From the NCBI GenBank assembly GCA_000708835.1, contig DF237069.1, positions 1 through 64,000 on the forward strand: a stretch of 64,000 bases of DNA. The letters are read 5' to 3'. Within the stretch, counting starts at the first letter, position 1. Each line of letters opens with the position of its first letter. Positions 10,601 through 22,943 of the stretch are shown piece after piece. The translations under genes and the position numbers were made by a program. Origin of the DNA: Klebsormidium nitens (Eukaryota; Plantae; Klebsormidiophyceae). Below the pieces are notes generated by a model. That model had not been told where the DNA came from. It ran no database searches and was given only the letters and a program-made list of their open reading frames with translations.

Positions 10601-13600
10601 GCAACAAGACATGCGCGAGCGGCCGCCACTTCAGGTGGGTCCTTAGAAACGAAGTCGAGACTTTGTTGACATGGGTTTTGCTCGTATGCTAACAGAGGTG
10701 ATGTTCAGCAGCTTTGTAGGCGCTTGTTCCTACTCTTCCATTCCTCTCTCAATCTTTTCGCTCCCCTTTCCCCTGTCGTGCTCCTGCCTTCTACTTACGT
10801 TGCATCCCGTCTTTCAGAGCTTGAAAGGATGTAACCTCCTCCTTTTGATGCTCTTTGTCTTTCTCCGTACCGCCAGGTGCTTGGTCTTTTCCCACAACTT
10901 GCTTGTACTCCTTTCCTTTCCTGGTCTTTTTCTTGCTCGTTTAGCGTTGATGCACAATCCGGCGGATGAGGGTGTGAAGCTAATCATGATCCGTTCCGTT
11001 CCTGGCCCTTTACCTTTGAACAGACCATTGACGTATTCGATACTCATTGGAGAACTGGCTTCACGGTCTTTTCCCTTTGAATAGACCATTGAACGTCTTC
11101 GACACTCAGTAGAGAACTGGCTTAACGGTCTTTTCTTATGAGCTAACCATCCATGCGCATCTCTTGCAGGAGGGCTCAGAAATTCTGGAGCAGCATCAAG
11201 ACATGCCAAGCGGTGAGGAGCGTGCAGGAACGCCAACCGAATTCCTGCTGCACAGCCCGATTGCAATGGCTGGGGAACAGGCACGCGCACAGGCACGCGC
11301 AAATGCGGAGGCGCGGGCGCAAGCGAAAGAGTCCCAGGCGAGGAGCCTGACCCCCCCGCCAGGATTCGGGAGCCTTCAGCGCGGGTTCGGCAGTCAGCAG
11401 CAAATCGTAGAGGGGGGTGAGGAGAAGAAAGTGCTGCAGCGGCTGGAGCCACAGCTGAGCTTCAAGCACCTGGTGGAGGGAAGCCTAGAGGGTCTGGGGG
11501 GCGAGGCGAAGGAGGCAGGGGAGGAGAAACGGGAAGAGGTGGTGTGGAAGGAGGACAATGGGCAGGGCCTGCGGAGCGTGCGGGATGCCCGGCACAGGCC
11601 GGACATGCCACAGGTGGGTGCGATTGTTCAAGGAGCAGCTGTGGTCAGTCGCTACGTTCTGACAGCAACATTGTCTTATTTCTTCGAGTTCTTCATTGCC
11701 CCCTTCTTGCGCCCTTAACCTTTCGCTCCGTCCAGCTTAGCTTGGGTAAGGGCACCAATTGCTTGGGTCTTACGGTGGGACAGCTCGCTTCAGTGAGCAG
11801 CCCAGCAGCGAACGACGAACCAGAAGTACATTGCTTTCAAAACGGCCGTTTTTGGCGCGGGCTGACGCTATTGGTCAGTTCGAGAGATGCGCTGACGTTT
11901 TCCTCGGGCCGTCTCAAAATGGTGCATTTTGAGGCCGAAACGGCCGAGAACCGCTTCTTTCATGGACTCTTTCTAAGGGCAAATTATTCTTCGGGTGCAG
12001 ATCAACGAAGAGCTGCTCGGCCTGGTGGCGGGCCTGATCCCCACAGAGGAGGAGGACAACCAGAAGCTTTCGTTTGTGGGCCGCCTCAAGAGCCTCTTTG
12101 AGAAGGAGTGGCCAGGTGGGTGGTCCAGAGACGAGGCCGTTTTGGAGGTTCTAGACCCGTGCTGTCAGGCGGTGTTTTGGTTGAACAATATGTGTGCTAG
12201 ATTTTCAAGGCGGTATTTCGGTTGAACAATGTGTGTGCTAGATTCTCAAGACCGTATCTGGCTTGTAAGACGGGCAGAAGGTGAGTACCATTCGTTTCTG
12301 ACGCAAAAGCGCCATCTCCAGCGAAGCGAAGACTGTGCGTGCTTTTGGGGAGGCGCCACTTGTTGGCAGACTCGTCAGTCAGTGACGACGGTATTGAAGA
12401 CCTTCGAAAGTTTCTTTAGAAGCGTTTCAAATCTGCGTGCGTCAGCATGTACAAGTCTCACTTTCAAACCCGGCTCTTGCAGGCACCCAGCTGTACCTGT
12501 TTGGCTCGTGCGCCAACTCGTTTGGCGTGCGCAACAGCGACGTGGACATGTGCCTCGGGGTGGGCATGCCCGACGGCACCACCAAGTCGGACGTCGTCGA
12601 GAGAATGGCGGGCATCCTCAACAAGAGTGAGGCGCACGCTCCTCGCTTGTTTTTGCCTTTATTCTGAAGATGCTTGTGGATTTGATTTGAAGCTTGCTGA
12701 AGAACCATGGGCCGGAGTTGCATTTCTCCATTTTAGGAAGCGGACTGATTCTGGGCGAGTCACTCATGACAGAACGACACCGAAAGTCGACTTTCGAGGT
12801 TCTCAGCACTTTATCACAAGCGGAAACTTTTAGATATAACATAAAGCGGGTACTTCCATACATCAAAAAGTGGGTACTTCGCTGCTGTACTCGTTTTGCT
12901 ATCGGCCTGCTTATATCCTGCGGTCCGATCGGGTCACACCGTACGATTCATCTTTTTCGTCGAATATTGTTACTGCGGTATCATTCTCTAGCCCCGTATA
13001 GGACCAGCATGCGCTACGGTTGCGCTGTTGGCGCCTTGCATGCTGAACCCGGTCCACACCCATCACTTACACAAGCTCGTTCCCTATCACAAAGCTTCTC
13101 GTTACTGCGCATCTGCACCGGGTTGCATGCTGGGACCCTGATGACTTTGCTTCTTGAAGCCCGCCTTCCAGTGCTCGATCTCATCATGTCGACTTTTGCC
13201 TCGTACTTTTCGTGCCCAAGAGCTCAAGATCATCTCTCCTGAAGCAACTTTTTCATAAGGGGTTGACGAGTCAAGGTCGGGACATTCAAGATCCGATTCG
13301 AGCCTCCCTTATGACACGTCTGGCTCCCTTTCGGAACCCCACGTTCCAGGTATCTTCCTTGCTCCGCGAATCGCCCGCACTCAAAGCATCGTCAGTTGCG
13401 ACACCAACTTTGAGGGTTCGATATTCTGAACCTCACGCTAACCTCCCCATCTTTTGTCATCCCCAGACGGCATGCTGGAGGTGCAGGCGCTGACGCACGC
13501 GCGCGTGCCGATCGTCAAGTTCCGCGACCACGTGAGCGGCATCGCGTGCGACGTGTGCGTGAACAACATGCTCGCGGTCGCCAACACAAGCCTGCTCTTC

Positions 13601-15372
13601 ACGTACGCCCAGATCGACGGCCGCCTGCGCCAGCTGGCGTTTGCGGTCAAGCACTGGGCCAAGCGCCGGCAGGTCAACGAGACCTACCGCGGCACGCTGT
13701 CCAGCTACGCGTACGTCCTCATGTGCATCCACTACATGCAGGGCCGTGCGCCCCCGATCCTGCCCGTCCTCCAGGTGAGGGGATGCTTGCGCTACTTTAC
13801 TTTCATGTCTGTTTTCCTGTTCATAAACCCTTCTCGATTATTGCTGTTGTTTCTTGACTTCTTTCTCCTTCTTATGTCACATGACCCTTTCTGTTTTGAG
13901 AGCTGGCAGACCTTCGTTGTTTTGAACGCTGCAGCCCGTGGGGTCAGGCTGTCTTCTGAGCCGTGATTCGAGGTCCATTGTTCATCGGGCAAGCTTTTAC
14001 CTGGGGTGCGTACTGAACGGACTCAAGGAACATAGGGGATGGTTTCTTGCCGCTTTTTTCTGAAACTTCGCACAGCCTGATATTCTCGGGAACAATCTTT
14101 TATTTCCTAGGATTAGCTACCAATCCTGCTTTGGATCGGGGTCTCGTGCTGGTTTCGCAGTACCAATCCTGCTTTGGATCGGGGTCTCGTGCTGTTAAAG
14201 TGGGCGTCCGGTTTCAAAGCTCAGGAAATGCACACTCAGTGAGTCTGAGTCTTTTTTGGACGGACCGGATCGGAAGTTCGGCCGATCTGGGCTCCCTGCA
14301 CCGTCGCTCAGATTTAGAGGACGTGCACGTCCTACGCCCACTTTAAAGGGGACAGGTGCAATCTCTTTATGTACTCAGCCCAGCCTGCGGCGGCCCTTTC
14401 TATGCAGGAGGCGCGCCCAATCACGTACCGCTACGAGTTTGGCGGCGTGGAGTGCGCGTACAACGACCAGGTCGAGATCTTCCGCGGCTTCGGCGCGGCC
14501 AACAAGGAGACGCTGGGCGAGCTGCTCGCGGGCTTCTTCGAGTACTGGGCTTTCACGCACAACTACAACCATGACGTCATCTGCGTGCGCCTCGGCAGGA
14601 CCGTCTCGTAAGTGCCGTTTCTGCGGGGAGCCGGGAAGGTCGTTGAGTAGGATGTTTACTTGGCGATACTGGTGTTTATGTACTTCGCGTCGCGATTCTC
14701 ACTTTGTCCCCAATTGCATCCTCGTCCGTATAAGACCTTTTATCTCATCGTCACGATCGTTTTTGACTGGGTTGCCGCATTTGCTCCGCAGGAAGGAGGA
14801 GAAGGACTGGACCCGCAGAATAGGCAACGAGCGCCACCTCATTTGCATCGAGGACCCATTCGAGACCAGCCACGACCTCGGTCGCGTCGTGGACCGCCAC
14901 TCCATCCGGGTAAGAACCGCAGCAGTCTTCGTAAACGCGATTGGGGACCAAATCCTGTTGTCTCCACAACTTGAAAGCAGGCTTGATTCTTACGAAAGCG
15001 GAAGGTCGAGTTTTGTTCCCTGACGCCGTCGCTGGCGCATCGTCGCCACTTCGATCGTCACTTTGCAGTCACCAGATTCCAGCTTTAGCTCTTTTTGCGA
15101 GAAGTTAAGATGTTGAGCTGTTGCAGAGAATTACGGAAGATCAAGAAGCCGCCAAGTTGTCCGAGGAGCTATGTCTCAAGCGTCGTTTGCGTCCTTCCCT
15201 TACATTCCGGATGGCGCCTACTGAGGTGTCATGCTTTCGCGCAATAACGGTCCCCGTTTGGGTGCAGGTGTTGCGCGACGAATTCCACAGAGCCGTCAAG
15301 ATCCTGCGCAACGATCCGGACCCTGTGAAGACACTCTTCGAACCGTATGTGCGCGCAGATAAGGAGTACTAG
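7652..15372 (+). CDS. URT1: UTP:RNA uridylyltransferase (terminal uridylyltransferase), ~1214 aa; exons 7652-8314, 8659-9181, 9610-10634, 11170-11613, 12001-12115, 12483-12626, 13467-13774, 14408-14607, 14792-14909, 15268-15372
   Basis: Pol-beta nucleotidyltransferase signature [24 protein letters not shown]...[20 protein letters not shown]-associated region [29 protein letters not shown], typical of plant URT1. Long disordered N-terminus. Total 3645 nt, in frame. Confidence 0.92.
11013..11135. repeat. Two-copy ~61 bp tandem duplication in a URT1 intron
   Basis: cctttgaacagaccattg...gagaactggcttcacggtcttttc is followed directly by cctttgaatagaccattg...gagaactggcttaacggtcttttc. Confidence 0.85.
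12167..12248. repeat. Two-copy 41 bp tandem duplication in a URT1 intron
   Basis: aggcggtgttttggttgaacaatatgtgtgctagattttca / aggcggtatttcggttgaacaatgtgtgtgctagattctca. Confidence 0.85.
14118..14194. repeat. Perfect 34 bp direct repeat, period 43 bp, in a URT1 intron
   Basis: taccaatcctgctttggatcggggtctcgtgctg at 14118 and 14161. Confidence 0.9.
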
Positions 15373-16259
15373 GATAGCCGATGGGCAGGTACCAAACGCT
15401 ATAGTAGATTGGATATGCAGATAGACCTGGCTGGTTGTTAGTGGCATGGTGCGAGCGTAGTGTAGGGCTGACGTAGGCAGTGCATTGCGAATCAAGGGGT
15501 TTTTGTTGAAAGCAATCTTGCAGCGGAGTTTCGATTTCGATGCTCGATCCATCAGCCCGTGTGATTTGCACGGGAAGTCGTCCATCTAGAGGGGGGCCCG
15601 GTTTGGACAGCGTAACAAGCAATCAAAGGGTCACAACTATGACAATCGAAGCCGTCCCTTTGTTGGCTGTTCACGACATACATTCGCTTTGTAACCTTGA
15701 AGTCGTAACCGTGAATAATCTCAAGGAGTAGAGTTTTCTGTCTCAGTACAAATCCAGCCTCATCCAACAACTTCTTGAGGATTACCGGCGAGCCCGAGCC
15801 CTCAGCACGTGACTCTCCCAGCACACCAAATTACGGACGAGCTTTCTAAGCATGGTCACTACCAGCATGCTCGATCGATCATTCAAAGGGTAAACGTGTT
15901 AAGGTTGCAAACTGTCCTAAATTGGCCCGCGGGCGCGCGCTGAACGCCTTCGAGGAGGTCTTCGTCCGTAAGTCGGGCATGCCGTCATGATTTTAAGCTC
16001 TGTTTCTTGCGTTGGGATGGGCATATGGAAAATGCTGTCTTTTGAGCCCCTACACGGGAGAAAGGAATTAGCGCCTGCCGTATAGCTACTGTGTGCCAGC
16101 TCAAAACATGACGTTTTGAGACTCAATAGGATACGTATACATGCCTGTAGCTCATAACCCTTTAACTTATTTTTTGAGCAAAACCAGTGAGACTCACACA
16201 TACATGCTATTATGTTCATAGGGGACTAGGGGATATCATCGAATTGTACGCAGAACATC

Positions 16260-16281
16260 CCTCTAAGAGATCTTTTAGAGG
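16260..16281. repeat. 22 bp near-perfect palindrome
   Basis: cctctaagagatcttttagagg: 10 of 11 pairs are Watson-Crick, one is G-T. Confidence 0.75.
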
Positions 16282-16811
16282 ATTTTTCCACAATCAAGGT
16301 GCAAAGTTTACACAAATTATGCGAATTTTCTGAAACTAGTTTGAGTCAAGTTTGCACCTTGATTGTGGATACGATCAGGACGGTTTGGAGAAAATCCCCA
16401 GCAAAATCGCACAGTGCAGAGTGCATGCAAAAGAGCTGGCCCATTTCTAGCTTCAAATGTAGTGCAGCTGGGGCCTTGCTACTGGAAGGAGACGCTTCAA
16501 ATTGGCCTGCGTCGCGAGTACATGGACGCAGCGCAAGGCCTTCGAGGGGATTTTAGGCTTTTAGGGTTTCAGCTGGAGATGGGGCGGCATCATTGCGAGA
16601 GCGTACGTACTAATAGGCGGCAATGGCAATTGCAGAATTTGGCTAGTATTTTGTGATTCTGGAAGTGGTGGTCGCATTATGCAGCGCTTCTACAGTCCAC
16701 AGCAGTTCTGAAATACTTTGAGACGGTCAGAGCCTAGAGGCGCTAAAATCGCTTCTTCTGTTCGTCACATCAGGTTCTGTTTATAGACAGGCGGGTCGGA
16801 GAGGGGGAACC

Positions 16812-19800
16812 ATGGAAGGAGTGCGGCACGTCCTGGAGGATGCGCGCAGCTGGCTGGAAGGCTCGGTCGCCGCTACTAGCATCTTCACAACCCTGGGCTT
16901 CTCCCTAGGCGACATGCTCGAGTCCCTTAGAGTTCAATCGCTCTTCATGCCAAAGCAAACGAGGCAGCCAAACCTATTTGCGGCTATCGGCCTGCCCACT
17001 CTTCTGGTCACTTTAGCCATCGGACTTGTTCCCCTGCTCTACTTGCTCTACAATGCCGTCGTGAGAAACTTTTCGGGGGGGCGCAAGCAGAGGGATCCGG
17101 GCCCACGGCGGTACCCCCTGGTGGGCAACATGTTTGAGACAATAAGGAACATTGACAGGAACGTGGACTGGATCATGGAAACGCTGCAGAAGGAGGACTC
17201 GTCGTGGATCCGTCTGTCGTTTCCAGGGGCAAATGCGGTTGTTGTGACAGACCCCCGGGACCTGGAGCATGTGCTCAAGACCAACTTTGCAAACTATCCC
17301 AAAGTAAGACCTTGTAATCAATCATGCACCACCTTCATACCTCAATTCGCAGCAGCGTACATCGGACGGGCTTTGATCTAATTGATGTTGTGAACTTTCA
17401 TCGCAAGATTGTGAAAGTTGCCTAATGGATGTAAAAGCAACTTTGCTGTGTGATGTAATGAAATGCTGTGGGGCCAAACTTCGGCATGAAGGAAACTTCA
17501 CTGGGTGGTGCCATTGGTCGCGCTTTTGAGGAGTCTTGTTGAGATGGGGAGTATCCCTTTTCCATTTTCCGGGGTGTGATTGCTTGACAATCCTGTAACG
17601 AGACAAATTTTCTTGATTCTTCACAGAACACTGCATTTGGACGATTCTTCCTAGTCCCACTCATCAGAAGGGTCATACTTTCCTTCAGGAGCATTGGAGC
17701 AAGGACTGTTGTTGAATTGCTTGCCAGCATGAACCATCCACATCCTATCTGGACGCATGCAAACTGGACTGAGGATGTCTAAGCTTCTGCTTGGCACCAC
17801 CGTCAGGGTGGGGTTGTTCAACTGTGGTCACCTGCTGACAGAGGAGTCCTTGTGTTGGTCATCTGGACTGCCCAAGATACTTATTGGGATGAGCAAAATT
17901 AGTCAAGCATTCCTCGGTTACCATTGCTTGAAGAGTAACCGAAGGCCGTTTTCCACAAACAATGCTGACGGCAGTCGACATGTTCTCCCAAAGAAGCAGG
18001 ACCAATTATGCACCATTTTTGGATCTATCTCAGATGTCAGAAGTGCCTACGCTGAGCTCACTACTTGTAGATGAAACGAATCCTGAACAGGTGGTTCAAT
18101 GCAATCGAGACAAGCTTAGCTCATGCCTGTCCAATTGCGCATGCAAGCAGGATTGCCTAGCGGTGCGACCCAGTGACTGCTATCCAGAAGAGGCAAAGTC
18201 CTTGTACAGTACTCTGTACCCTCACTTCTACTCTGTCACCTCCTCTTTTTCTAGGCTTTGCCCTGCTCTGGAAAACGTCTTACTCTCACTCTCATGCGTT
18301 CCCTCAATGCTCTGCTCTGAGAGTTCTCACACTCTCATGTGTTCCCTAACAGGGCCCCGAGTTCCACGGCCTTCTGGGAGAGTTGCTGGGCGACGGCATC
18401 TTCAACGCGGACGGGGATTCGTGGCGCATGCAGCGCAAGGCGGCCAGCCACGAGTTCTCCACGCGCTCGCTCAAGGAGCTCATGCTCACCACCTTCAACA
18501 ACAAGGTCAACGGAGCGCTGCTGCCGCTTATTGGGGCCTTTGCGGAGAAGGGGGTGCCTTTTGACCTACAGGTAGGGAAGGAGACTGTCAAGTATTAAGT
18601 GCGAGTATTGTACCGTTAGACTGTCAAGATGCTGTAAGAATCGGTTTTGGTTGCATAGAGGATCAGGTGTTTTGCCGAAAGGAGAAGCACAAGAAAGTGG
18701 GCAACTCAATCATGGTCCAAGACTTGCGTTGATTTCTCCCCAATCTGTTATGGGCCTATCTGTTTCTGAATACAAAGCCATGGTTAAGGTGCATTTTTAC
18801 AATCAACCCTTTCCTATTCACGTGGTCCAGCAATTCCCTAGTATCTACAATCTGTGTTTTTTGTTTGCAGGAAATTTTTCAGCGCTACACGTTTGACACC
18901 ATCTGCTCCATGGGCTTTGGGGTAGACCCCGGGTGCATTGCTCCCGATCTCCCGGCCATCCCCTTCGCCCGGGCCTTCGACGATGCCCAAGAAGCACACT
19001 CGCGCCGCTTCATGATGCCCCAAGTGGTGTACAAGGTGAAGCGGTTCCTGGGGATTGGCACCGAGCGGCTGCTTGCGGAGGGGGTCAAGAAGATCAATGA
19101 ATTCGCATACGGGGTCATCCGGCAACGAAGGTGAGTTGCACGGAAAGGAAAAAACTTAAAGTCCCGCCCTACCAGTCTCGTCAGCCTGGTAGTTGGCACT
19201 GCTGTATGTGGCAAAAGTAGAGCCCTGTGCACTGCTTAGAAAGGGTCATGGTATTGCTCACACAGACACCGACGGGAGGTGCAGGGGCTCATTGACCTTT
19301 AGAGAATTGATCGAACCCCATCCAACCGTTTGGATGGTGGCGTGGCCTTGTCAATTCCTTTTGTGAGCTGGTTCAGTGTGCGGAAGTGTGGGCTTTGACA
19401 AATGCCGTGAAAAGTGCGCCCAAGAAAGCATACATCTTTTCGAGGTTCGCAATGGAGGAAAGCTCGCAGCTTATCCTGACGCTCTGCTGACGTCATGTGC
19501 AGGGAGGAGCTGGCAGGGCCGTCCCCCCCAGAGCGCGAGGACCTGCTGTCGCGGTTTATGGCTGTGGTTGACCGGGAGGACGCCCCGGGCACTACGGAGC
19601 ACGGAAGAGAGGGAGCCCCAAGCACATCCGACAGGTTCCTCCGGGACATCATTCTCAACTTCATCCTTGCGGGACGGGACACGACGGCCGTGACGCTGAC
19701 GTGGTTCTTCTGGGTGCTGACTCAGCGGCGCGACGTGGAGCAGAAGGTTTTGGACGAGGTCGAGAAGATAGCTGCGGGCAAAGGGCCGGGGTGGGCAGGT

Positions 19801-21740
19801 GAGCTGGAGTCTCTCAAAGCTGTGCATTGAGCTTGAAATGAAACAGCTCAGTTGGTTGTATGAGAACGTTGGAGAGCTTTATGCTAATTGCATATCTGAA
19901 GACTCGCGTTTAAAAGAAACGCTTCTTCAAGGGAAAGCTTTCTGAATGGACGCTGTTGTGCCTGGAAGAGTTACGGGTTGCAGTTGTGAGAGTTTCAGAT
20001 AAGTGGTTCGAACATCATTTCACTACCAAGGCTTTTCTTTGAAGCGGTTTGCAATGTGGTGCATCCTGTATATTCTCAGTGCGGGTCAACACCAGCAATT
20101 CGACGTCCCTAACTCTTGAATATCAAGCGAGTTGCCTGGTTGACATCCGGTTTGCGAGGGCTTCAGCAACCTTTTCCGTTCCCAACTTTGACCTGTTTCT
20201 GGGTCCCAGGATCTTCATACCACCTCTGTTTCCGCTTTCATGCTTCCATCCGGCCAAGCCTTCTACAAGCACTTCTGGTCAATAAGAGCCGTCAATAAGA
20301 GCCGCTCATCCTTTCTCGCCAAATGCGTCCTTATTCTCATCTGCCGCACCTCACTTCTTGCCAGGCGCGTTCGACTTCGAGGACCTCCGCTCCATGACGT
20401 ACCTCCAGGCCGCTCTCTCCGAGACGCTGCGCCTGTACCCAGCCGTGCCGTCTGACGTCAAGTACGCCGTCGCGGATGACGTCATGCCAAGCGGCGCGAC
20501 TGTAAAAGCAGGCTACCGGTACGGACAACTCATGCATGACCACTTTCTGAGGGGCATTCTTAGACAGAGTTACCTGATTATCTGCCCGCTGGCGCAGAGG
20601 GTATAGACCCTTCCGTAGAGATGCAACCAAGAGATTCTGATCACGTCGGTTCGTGTGACGTCACGTCGGCAGAGAGTCACATGCTGTTCTGCGACGACGG
20701 GGAGGTTGGAAGGGCACCGGTGCGAAAGCACTTGGTCGTCTCCGCTTTTATGAAGGTCAACGTATCATATGCCTTCAGCTGCTTCTAACGCCTTCGATCA
20801 CTCCACGTACTATCCCGCTCACCGTTGGCTTATCGTAATCTCGTCTCATCTCGTCAGGGTGGCGTACCACCCGTACTCCCAGGGCCGCATTGTAAAGATA
20901 TGGGGCGCGGACGCGCTGGGGTTCAAGCCTGAGCGGTGGATCGATGCGGAGGGACACTACATCCAACATTCGCCGTACAAATTCCCCTCGTTCCAGGTCC
21001 GTGTGCTCAAGCGTTTATCTCAGGCATCCAATTACGAAGGTGGTTCCTTTCACTCTCGGCTTGCTAATGCGGGTGCGAGGCTCAAAATAATGATGGAGCC
21101 AAGATGGTAGGTTTGAAATTACGGACTCTGATAGAAGGGGTCGGGGACAAAACTTGTTCGGGGTCATAAAACGCCGCCTGCATTGAAGAACAGGACCATG
21201 GTCCGTTTGCTGTTTGTGTTTGTCCACTTTGACTAGGAATGATTGATCCAGTATTGCCTCTCCAAGAGCTGGAAAAGCAAGATTTGCGGACTATCGGGCT
21301 TTCCTAGTCACGCAGATTCGATGGCTCTGGTTCATTGACCAGACCCGCAGTCGTCAAAGTAGATATCAGCATTCCGATGCGGTCGAAGCTGCATCATTTT
21401 CAAATCAGTTTATTATGGTATTCTGGTGACTGCTTTCCAATGCCGTCTGCTGTGCTGGCCCAGTCTCATCGTCTTCTGGTCGTGCAACTGCTGACGAGCT
21501 TTTTTCGAACAGCCAACATCCCAGGTTTACGATGCGCTTCCTCTCCTTCCCTTTTTGTAGGCGGGGCCGCGGATCTGCCTGGGCAAGGACATGGCGTATC
21601 TCCAGATGAAAGTGGTCGCCGCTTCTCTCCTCCGGCGGTTCAAGTTCTCCGTTGTCCCAGGTCATGTCGTCTTTTACAGGACGACCATTGTCCTGACCAT
21701 GAAATATGGTCTACAAATGACGGTCGAGCGTCGCAAATGA
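16812..21740 (+). CDS. Cytochrome P450, CYP86 clan (CYP86/94/704-like fatty-acid hydroxylase family), ~579 aa; exons 16812-17303, 18353-18571, 18871-19130, 19503-19798, 20365-20518, 20858-20996, 21561-21740
   Basis: N-terminal transmembrane anchor; HVLKTNFANYPKG; LLGDGIFNADGDSWRMQRK; I-helix NFILAGRDTT; K-helix ETLR; PERW; heme motif [10 protein letters not shown]. Total 1740 nt, in frame. Confidence 0.93.
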
Positions 21741-22663
21741 GTCAGGACCACCGGACTGGGTCGAGGCGCCCTTGTACATGGACGGAGCGCTTCGTTGCTT
21801 GAAGATCGATCGACAACGTGAAAGAGATCACTTCGTACATGATTAGCGCTCAATTGGATTGAGCAAGCGCTATCCTCGGATATGAACTCGAGTCGCTCTA
21901 GTTGTACAGTGCCAGAAAAGCTTTGGGTGTGATTGACATGCAGTGCTTCCGTCGTGTGTGTGTAGCTTTGGTGACTTGAGAGGCGCTTCAAGCATTGCTG
22001 GCACGAATAACGGGCAGGTCATTGGTGCCACAGTTTTCAAACGTACGTGTCATTCTCTGACAATCCGCTGATCAGCTGCCATGACCCCAATACATGTTCC
22101 ATGCCCGACCTGTTCCTGCGTATTGTGCGGAAGAATCATGATTGAGGTTCTAGGTGGTGCACCCTCAGTCGTTACCGTAGCTAGTACCTATCCCAAATGT
22201 TCGTGTTCAAGTATAGGCTTCAAGTATACAGATTGGCCATCATACATACTATAACGCTTCTTTGAGAACAGCCGTCAGCGTGCATCGACCATGCATGCTA
22301 TGCTAGAGTTTGCAATTAAGTGGACAAATGCAAAAACACGTACACCAATGGCGCTTCAGCGCGTGAAACTTCTCAGTGCGTCACAATACAAACCGGCTAG
22401 ATAGAGAAAGCCACAACAATATATGATACTGTATATGGTGGAAAACAAGAAAGCCTCAAATCAGCGGAACTTTCACATGCACGCCGGGCGTTGCCAACTT
22501 GCCATTTATTTTGAAGTCATGAGTATCCTACATATCAGCATTTTTTGGGCATCCGTTTCGATTTTTGGTTTTAGCTTAGCTAAATTTTGCTCGCTAGTTG
22601 TAGCAAAGTTGTATTATGCGCGCGCTAATTACGCGAACCCACATTAGATTCTGCAGATTCGAA

Positions 22664-22943
22664 GTGACGTCACACGTTTGACTTTTCAGTTTGTTGAACT
22701 GCCGAGACTTGAAGTTCCTTGACTTGACAACTTGATTGCACCATTATTGCAATTTGCTGCTGCGCGATGCCTCAGTCTGGACTAGCGCGGAAGAGCTTCC
22801 ATAAATTTCAGACCAGCGGCCGTTGCGCGTGACCTCGCGCATCTCAGGTGTCTCTGCCCTTGGTTTTCGCGGATGTCTGGCACCTGATTGGCTGCCCCAA
22901 CTGATTGTAGAAGTTTGATTGGTTCACTCGCAGAAATGACGTG
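22664..22943 (+). promoter_or_regulatory. PDI upstream region with bZIP/UPR-type elements
   Basis: GTGACGTCAC near 22664, ATTGG (inverted CCAAT) at 22887 and 22918, TGACGTG at 22937; 155-435 bp upstream of the PDI ATG. Confidence 0.45.

Noticed and set aside
12694-13242. 182 aa plus-strand ORF inside a URT1 intron
   Set aside because: Non-ATG start, no recognisable motif, intron-like composition; URT1 splices across it in frame.
14118-14194. Direct repeats with a short spacer as a CRISPR-like array
   Set aside because: Only two copies with a 9 nt spacer, in a eukaryotic intron with no cas genes; a simple duplication.
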